From: Chrysomallon squamiferum
Lineage: Eukaryota > Animalia > Mollusca
Assembly (NCBI GenBank): GCA_012295275.1
Contig: CM022672.1
Coordinates: 14,508,001-14,572,000 of the forward strand
Length of the DNA: 64,000 bases
Reading direction: 5' to 3'
Part shown: piece after piece, positions 56,499 to 64,000 of the stretch
Layout: every line of letters starts with the position of its first letter
Numbering within the stretch: position 1 is the first letter of the stretch
Made by a program: the position numbers and the translations under genes
Notes under the pieces: generated by a model
Seen by the model: the letters and a program-made list of their open reading frames with translations, nothing else
Told to the model about the DNA's origin: nothing
Databases searched by the model: none

Positions 56499-57187
56499 GT
56501 TATTAGACACGTAGAACCACTCATACCGCCATGCTTCAAGGACCAAATACGTCAAGATGGATAAGTATATTCTTCACCTGTGTTTACCTATCTCGCTCAT
56601 AACCTCTTTTTATCGCCATCAAGACCAGGTGTTGCAGTTGTAAAGACCACGATACCAGCCTTAGCCTCGCACCAGCCTTCACAACGTGGGCAATGGCCCG
56701 TGGTGACTCTATTGCCATATAACATTACAAAGTAACTGTTCGGAGAATCAGGATCTCAAATGATGGTGTGTTTTTTTTTCTTTTCTTTTCTTTTTTTTTT
56801 TTTTTAAAAGTCAGGTGGAGTCAATACCGCTTTGACCATCTTGCGAGTCCAGTGAAAGACACAAAAAAAAAAAAAAAAAAAAAAATGCGTGATGCTGGGA
56901 TCTTAATGTGGGCTGAAAGTGGTTAGAGTTTTTATTCTGTCGATGAAATAGCTGAGGCTTGTGTCAGATTAAGGTTTTATGGCCCCCGCGGTTCTGTTAC
57001 AGAAGTTTACCCATTCAACAGGTGAATGTTTGTCTGTCAGTGTGTGTTTGTGTAGATGTAGGGATATTTTTTTTTTTTTTTTTTTATACATGTTGTTCAG
57101 GTTGGTTTTTTTTTATTGTTCTGTTTTGTTACAGGGGGAGATTATCTTTGATCTTGTCATTGTTAAAAATTATGAAGCGGTTAATTA

Positions 57188-57241
<54 letters not shown>

Positions 57242-57486
57242 TTTGTTTTAGAAGTTATCATAAATCGTGTTTTTTTTTTTTTTTTAGTTTATGAAAAGGA
57301 TAACAAAATAACGAAGACAAAGAAAAACTATCTTTCCCAAACAAGCGTATTTTAAATATGTAATAATAATAATAAAAACAACCCCCCCCTAAAAAAAATA
57401 AAAATAAAAATCACTAACAATAATAATGACAATAACAAGCATAACAACAACATTAATATTAGCAGTGATGAACAATTAAATTATGA

Positions 57487-57521
57487 AAACAAAATAAAAC
57501 AATACAAAAACAAAACAATAC

Positions 57522-57579
<58 letters not shown>

Positions 57580-57690
57580 AAAATAAAATAAAATAAAATA
57601 AAACAAAACAAAAAAAACAAAACAAAACAAAACAAAAATAAAATAAAACAAAAAAACAAAACAAACCTAAACTAAAACAAAATAAAAAAA
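57487..57690. repeat. (AAAAC)n/(AAAAT)n pentanucleotide repeat
   Basis: Directly visible. Confidence 0.9.
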
Positions 57691-58334
57691 ATTGCAAACG
57701 AAACTAAATCAGTCATAACACAATAAGCAGTGTTCCTTCTTCAAAACGCGATATTCCACAAACTTCACCGTCCACGTCAAACTCTGTGACGTTTTGGCTG
57801 AGATTTTCGTAGCCAAAATGATTTCCACAAACAAAATTATATTTGTGTTTACTCGTGTCCCGCGTTGTCAGCTTCGTGTGTGCTCGCAGAGTCACTTCTT
57901 CTTGTCTGTTCATAAACGACTGCAGTGAAAACAAACACATCACTGACCAGGCACGTTCGTTATTAAAGCGTCAGTCAAATTATGGGAAAATGCAGTTTTC
58001 TGTCATATGAAGTTCTGCTAAAGTAAAGCCAGTTTTAAATAATGGTTAGATATATATCTTCTTTTTTCTTTTCTTTTTTTTTCGTTAGGTTGATTAGAAA
58101 CGAGAGTTTGTAGGATCAAGTCTGTTTTGTTAACCTTTCGAAGAAATTATAGAAAGTTCGATGACGATGACTTTTCAAATAAATAGAAAAGAAATGGACA
58201 AACAAACTAACCAACGAACCATTAAGTAAAATTAATTACTTAATTAATTACTTTAAATAAATAATGGTGAATTAATGCAAACTCGAACAGATAAAATATA
58301 AATGCCTATGCATGTACACGTATGTATGTATGTA

Positions 58335-58376
<42 letters not shown>

Positions 58377-59235
58377 CGTACATACATGTATACGTTCATT
58401 TATACATCTATTTGTACATGCATACATACTCACAAAACATATGCATATATATTTACATGCATGCATAAAATATAGTTAGATATATAGATACATACATACA
58501 TACATACATACATATACACACATATATATACATACATACATACACAAATATATATACACACACACACACGCACATTCATACATAAATCATACATTATACA
58601 CCGATACAATAAACACACACAAAACACAGGACAAATTTAATTCATGATGTGCCATTTCTTCATCTCTTTTTCTATACCGAAGCAAAACATTTATATAACT
58701 AAGCCCACTATTCTTCTGTAAGGCTTACATTGTTTAGAACCGACTGTGAAGGGGATGAAATTACATCAAGCCGTATGAAATAAAAACTGATACTTATTTA
58801 ATGATACCATTATGAAGTCCATCACCGAACCGGCTTTCAGACCAGACCGCCCCCCCGTTAAGTTGTTACGTCATCGCCTCGCCATAGGTATATTATTAAC
58901 CAACACCACTTAATAAAAATTCATTAAAACTTGGCCAAACCCTCGTCAAATACGTAAGACTGCGTAACACAGTTTTTCGATTGAAGACGAAGAAGAAGTG
59001 AGAGATAGGTTCTTCAGCCGATGACAGAGAGTTAAAATGGGAAAATAAATGAAACACTAGGCAAACGCGCTAGGACGCGCAGTGTGTGTTTGTTTGTTCA
59101 TCGTGGTGAAAGAGAAGGGAAAAGAGACATCATTTTCAGTTTACTTTTCAATCTTTTGTTAACACTGTAAGCGATTTTTTTTTTACAGATGATATAAGCT
59201 TTTGTTCGCGGAGTCGACGTGGAAAAATAATGACC

Positions 59236-59266
<31 letters not shown>

Positions 59267-59483
59267 AGAAGAAAGAAGAATGAAAATGGGAAAATAAAGT
59301 TAAAATAAAAGAGAGGATGGATGATAAATAAAAGTGAAATAATCAGACACAGTTTTTATTTTGTTGATTGTTATGAACTTCTTGTAGGGAACATTTGCTT
59401 TATGATACCGATGTAATAGCAGTAGATTATTGAATATAAGCTGTTTCCTTCGCTAGAACAAAGAAAAAGAATGTTTATTTTAA

Positions 59484-59518
<35 letters not shown>

Positions 59519-59577
59519 TATATCTATTTCTCTCTTTCTCTTTCTCTCCCTCTCTCTCACACACTCTCTCTTTTCTT

Positions 59578-59656
<79 letters not shown>

Positions 59657-59971
59657 CATACACATACACACAGACACACATATACACACACACATACACA
59701 CATATATATAAACATGTTGTAAACATCTGTAGGGTGTATATACATTTTTTCTTATATTTTTTTATTGTTCATTTACGTCAAATCAGTTTGTGTTTATTTA
59801 TTTTTAACAAATTTAATTTTGTTATTTATTTCTATTTTATTTTATAAATTATTTTAATTCAATATTCGTTTTATTTATGGCTTTAATTTTGTTTCTGAAA
59901 TTTTATTCTCTACTTAATTGATTATATTTAAGATTTTCATTTTATTATTATTAGTAGTAGTAGTAGTAGTC

Positions 59972-60010
<39 letters not shown>

Positions 60011-60521
60011 ATGTTTTTTTAATTTTCTTTTTTAGTAATTTATTTACACATTTTATATATCTTCTCTGTATTGCTATTAATATTATTGTTATTGTTGTTG
60101 TTTTTGTTATTTTATTATTATCATCATCATGACCATCATTATCATTATCACCATCATTAATATCATTATTATTATTTTCCATACAAATCAAGCAAGCAAT
60201 TAACAAGCAGTCTGCGAAATAAGAAAATTATTTCGTTCTGTTTATTTAACTTCGTCTCAATCAATGATCCCGATTCTAAAAATAATAACTAATCAGCGTA
60301 TTAATTTTTTTAGCAACTCCCCCTTCTGTCACCTGACCCTGACGTCATGACCCTAGGTTATCGTTACATCTCCAACACGACCAGGACATGCGCAGATGAC
60401 AGACTGATTAATGAGAAGATGTTAGGGTCTTTTAATTTGCCTGATCACCGGTTTTATTTCCTTCGTTTATTATTTTTATTATTTTTTTTTTTTCGTCTCT
60501 CATTTGTTTCTTCTTTCTTTT

Positions 60522-60581
<60 letters not shown>

Positions 60582-60702
60582 ATATAAAAAATAATACAAC
60601 CAAAAATAGTAAATATAATTATGGATAAACAAATGCATGCACAAATAACAAGTTAAAATACTACTACTACTACTACTACTAATAATAATAATAATAATAA
60701 TA

Positions 60703-60739
<37 letters not shown>

Positions 60740-61697
60740 TAATAATAATAATAATTTTACATATTTCATTCCCAAGTTTTTAAATATATATATATATATA
60801 TATCTTATTCTTTAAATTACTGTCTTACCACAAGCTTTAAACATTAATTCAAATGAATTAAAATATTTCAACTGTTACGGTATTTATGTTTGCTATTTAC
60901 AGGTATACACATCTCTTTATCTTGAGACAATTTTTATTAATTGTGAAATGTATGATTTTGCTAATTTAATAGATTAAAACAGAATTAAATAAAATAAATA
61001 AATTGTTTGTGACTGATAACGACAACAACAATAAGAAGAATAATACTATAGCAATAACAACAAACTTAATAATAATTATAACAAAATAATAACTATACTA
61101 TTACTACTACAGCTACTATTATTATTACTACAACTACTACTATTATAACAATTACTACTACGACTATCTATCACTGCTGCTATAACTACTACTACTATTA
61201 AAATTACTACTAATGTAACTTCTACTATTACTACTAGTACTACTATTACTACTAGTACTACTATTACTACTACTACTAATAATAATAACAACAACAACTC
61301 TAAATAAAAAAATCTAAAAGTGAACTGAAACAAAAAAGTAATAAAAAGAACTGATAATAAATTGTCAATCTATTTTATGCAGATCACGCGTGAAATAAAA
61401 CTGTGTTGAAGACAAGTTGAATGTGTTAACTTACCCGTGACGAAATGTGAAAGTAAATGGAATCACGGAATTAAACAGCGTTATCGACAATCACAAAACA
61501 ACAATAAAAATTCAACGTGTTCGGTTAAAGAAAATATCGAGTTGAACGAATCCGTCACAATCATGTTGGAATGAAAATACAGACTTTGTACATTATATTA
61601 TCTCTTATATGTGTAAAAGATATCACAAATTATCAGGGAAAAAATAAAATAAATAATTCAATAAATAATAACAGTAACAATAACAATAATAATGATG

Positions 61698-61758
<61 letters not shown>

Positions 61759-62102
61759 CAACAACAACAACAACAACAATAATAATAATAATAATAAAGA
61801 AAAATAAATCAAAAACGTTTAAAAACAGGGAAAATATCATAATTAAACCTAAAAGTGTTGATAAATGCAAACACAAGAATTAAACAAGTTTATTTAGCTG
61901 TCTTTGTGTGTGGTGTGAGTGTGTTTTTTGTGTTTGTGTGTGTTTTTTGTGTTTGTGTGTGTGTGTTATACAATCAAAAATAAACATAAAAGCGCTGATG
62001 AAACTAAAATAATGTTTTGTTTATGAATAACAACAACAGTAACAGCAAACATAAAACAAATACAGTTGAGCTTTATGTCCATAGAAAAACAACAACAACT
62101 AC

Positions 62103-62510
62103 AAATAACCTTTTGTTTTTAGCAAAAATCCCATAAGGTAAAACCTAAGGTAATCTATTGTCTTTAGCAAAACTACTATAAAGTAAAAAACTAAAATAAC
62201 CTACAGTCATTAGCAAAAAATAAAAAAAAAAAAAAAAAAAAAAAAGCAAAATCTATGAAAATCTATTGTCTTTAGAAAAAATCCCATAAACTAAAACTTT
62301 AGATAACCTACTGTATTTAGCAAAGATTAATATAATCTATTGCCTTTAGAAAAAAAAAAAAATAATAAATAATAATAATAATAATAAAAAAATTAAAAAA
62401 AAAAAAAAAATAGAAAGAGTAATAACGAAGCTTTCGACATTGATAAAAAATACCGAGACAACCTTTTTTGTCTTTTGCAAAAACTACCACAAAGCAGAAA
62501 CTAAGATAGC
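62103..62510. repeat. Degenerate ~45-50-bp tandem repeat
   Basis: Recurring ATAA(C/T)CTA(T/C)TGTCTTTAGCAAAA...CATAAA..AAAACCTAA units (about 6-7), interrupted by poly-A. Confidence 0.7.
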
Positions 62511-62873
62511 TTTTAATGATCAGAAAAAAAAAAAAAAAAAAAAAAAAGAAAAAAAAGAAACCTTCATTTAGCAGAGAAGTTTTAATTTGTCTAGCAGTGA
62601 AACGTTGGCCATTAGCTCTCACTTAGTGATATGATATTACAATTGCTCACAAGGACAGACTTTGTTTGACACGACTTTTCACCCTATTTACATCGTCAGC
62701 GGTTAATGGGGCGAGAAATGATTAACTGAGTTTACGACGTATTTCACTCTCTCCCATCGGCTCCTTTAATTGTCCCACAGTCTTCCCAGATCAATGTTGC
62801 CATTGACAACAAGATTGATGGTTCCAGCCGATTAGTAAATAAGTAAGATAGATAGAAGGGTTAAAAGATGGAG

Positions 62874-62911
<38 letters not shown>

Positions 62912-63857
62912 CTCTCTCTCTTACGGTTATTTTGTGCTTTCGAGAATGGATTGATGGTTCAAAAGAAATTAATGGGGTTGTTTTCAGTTTTGGGGTGTAG
63001 TGTTGTGTGGGCGGGTGGGTGGGTGGGTGGGAGGGCTTGAATTAATTTAAGTTGAGTGAGATTGATAATTTATGTTGATTATTGATAATCGTTTATACAT
63101 GTAGCTATTTATAATGTTAGTTGTTATTTTTATTTTTATTTTTATTTTTTTTTTTTTTTTTTTTATTTGGTTTTATTTAGATGATTATTATTTTTTTTTT
63201 TTTGTCATTTTATTATTATTTTTTTTTTTTTCAGAATTACACAGAAAAAAGATTTAAAGTCCATTCATTAAGACAAACTTTCCCTATAAAATAATGTACA
63301 AAATTATCTTTGTTATCCTAAAAATATTTAAATAGAAAGCACAGTTTAACGTAAATATAAACCTTAAATATAAAATTATAAAGGCCATAATAAATTTCAT
63401 TTTCATGTAATAATCTTTTGCTTCCACATTTTTTCATTGTATTTTATTTATCAGCACACACAATAAAAATAAAGAGTAGTAAATATATAAATAAACAAAT
63501 AAATAAACAAATAAATAAATAAATAAATAAACATGTAATTTCTCGTTATGGATATATAGTATTTATTATCTATTTACGAATTTCCTTGTTGTAAAGTTTA
63601 AAATTGTTAAGTAGACAATCATGCACATAAAAAAGCGAATACACACCCACATATATCTACTTACTTAACAACTACCCTAAGGATAAATGAATACTTAAAA
63701 CCATTACATAAATCAATAAAGATAGGTTGACGTGTTGGTTCTCGCTATTTTATGTGACTTTACTACACGGTACGTCATAAAACATCATAAAACGTCATCA
63801 AGTTAAGCCACATTTCTTTTTTATTTGTACCTCGGACGTCGAGAACAAAAAAAAACA

Positions 63858-63889
<32 letters not shown>

Positions 63890-64000
63890 AATAAGACGAA
63901 TAGCTCACAAATGGCTTGCTAATTGCTAAAAAGATTTTGTCGCGATCAGCATCAAAACGTATGATGAGTATTTTTTCTTTCTTTCTTTTTTCTTTTTTTT

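Overview
Eukaryotic, very AT-rich, microsatellite-saturated animal DNA. A lophotrochozoan or mollusc-like origin is my inference from gene content and repeat style. Nearly all ORFs in the supplied track are simple-repeat artefacts. Two spliced genes can be built by hand. (1) The 3' part of an NK7 (NK-like, ANTP-class) homeobox gene on + (exons 910-1118 and 6711-7232; the 5' exon(s) lie outside the window). (2) A complete 5-exon gene on - (40938 to 36732, 285 aa) encoding a secreted peptidoglycan recognition protein with all catalytic amidase residues and two tandem six-cysteine beta-defensin-like modules, each on its own symmetric phase 1-1 exon. The rest is gene desert: many CpG-retaining, enhancer-like islands between microsatellites, a ~870 bp foldback element upstream of the PGRP, a pogo/Tigger-like MITE, two possible old LINE relics, several minisatellites and a 200-N assembly gap. 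The most interesting items are the modular defensin-like/amidase immune protein and a decayed tandem series of copies of the NK7 helix-3 exon start just upstream of the real acceptor.
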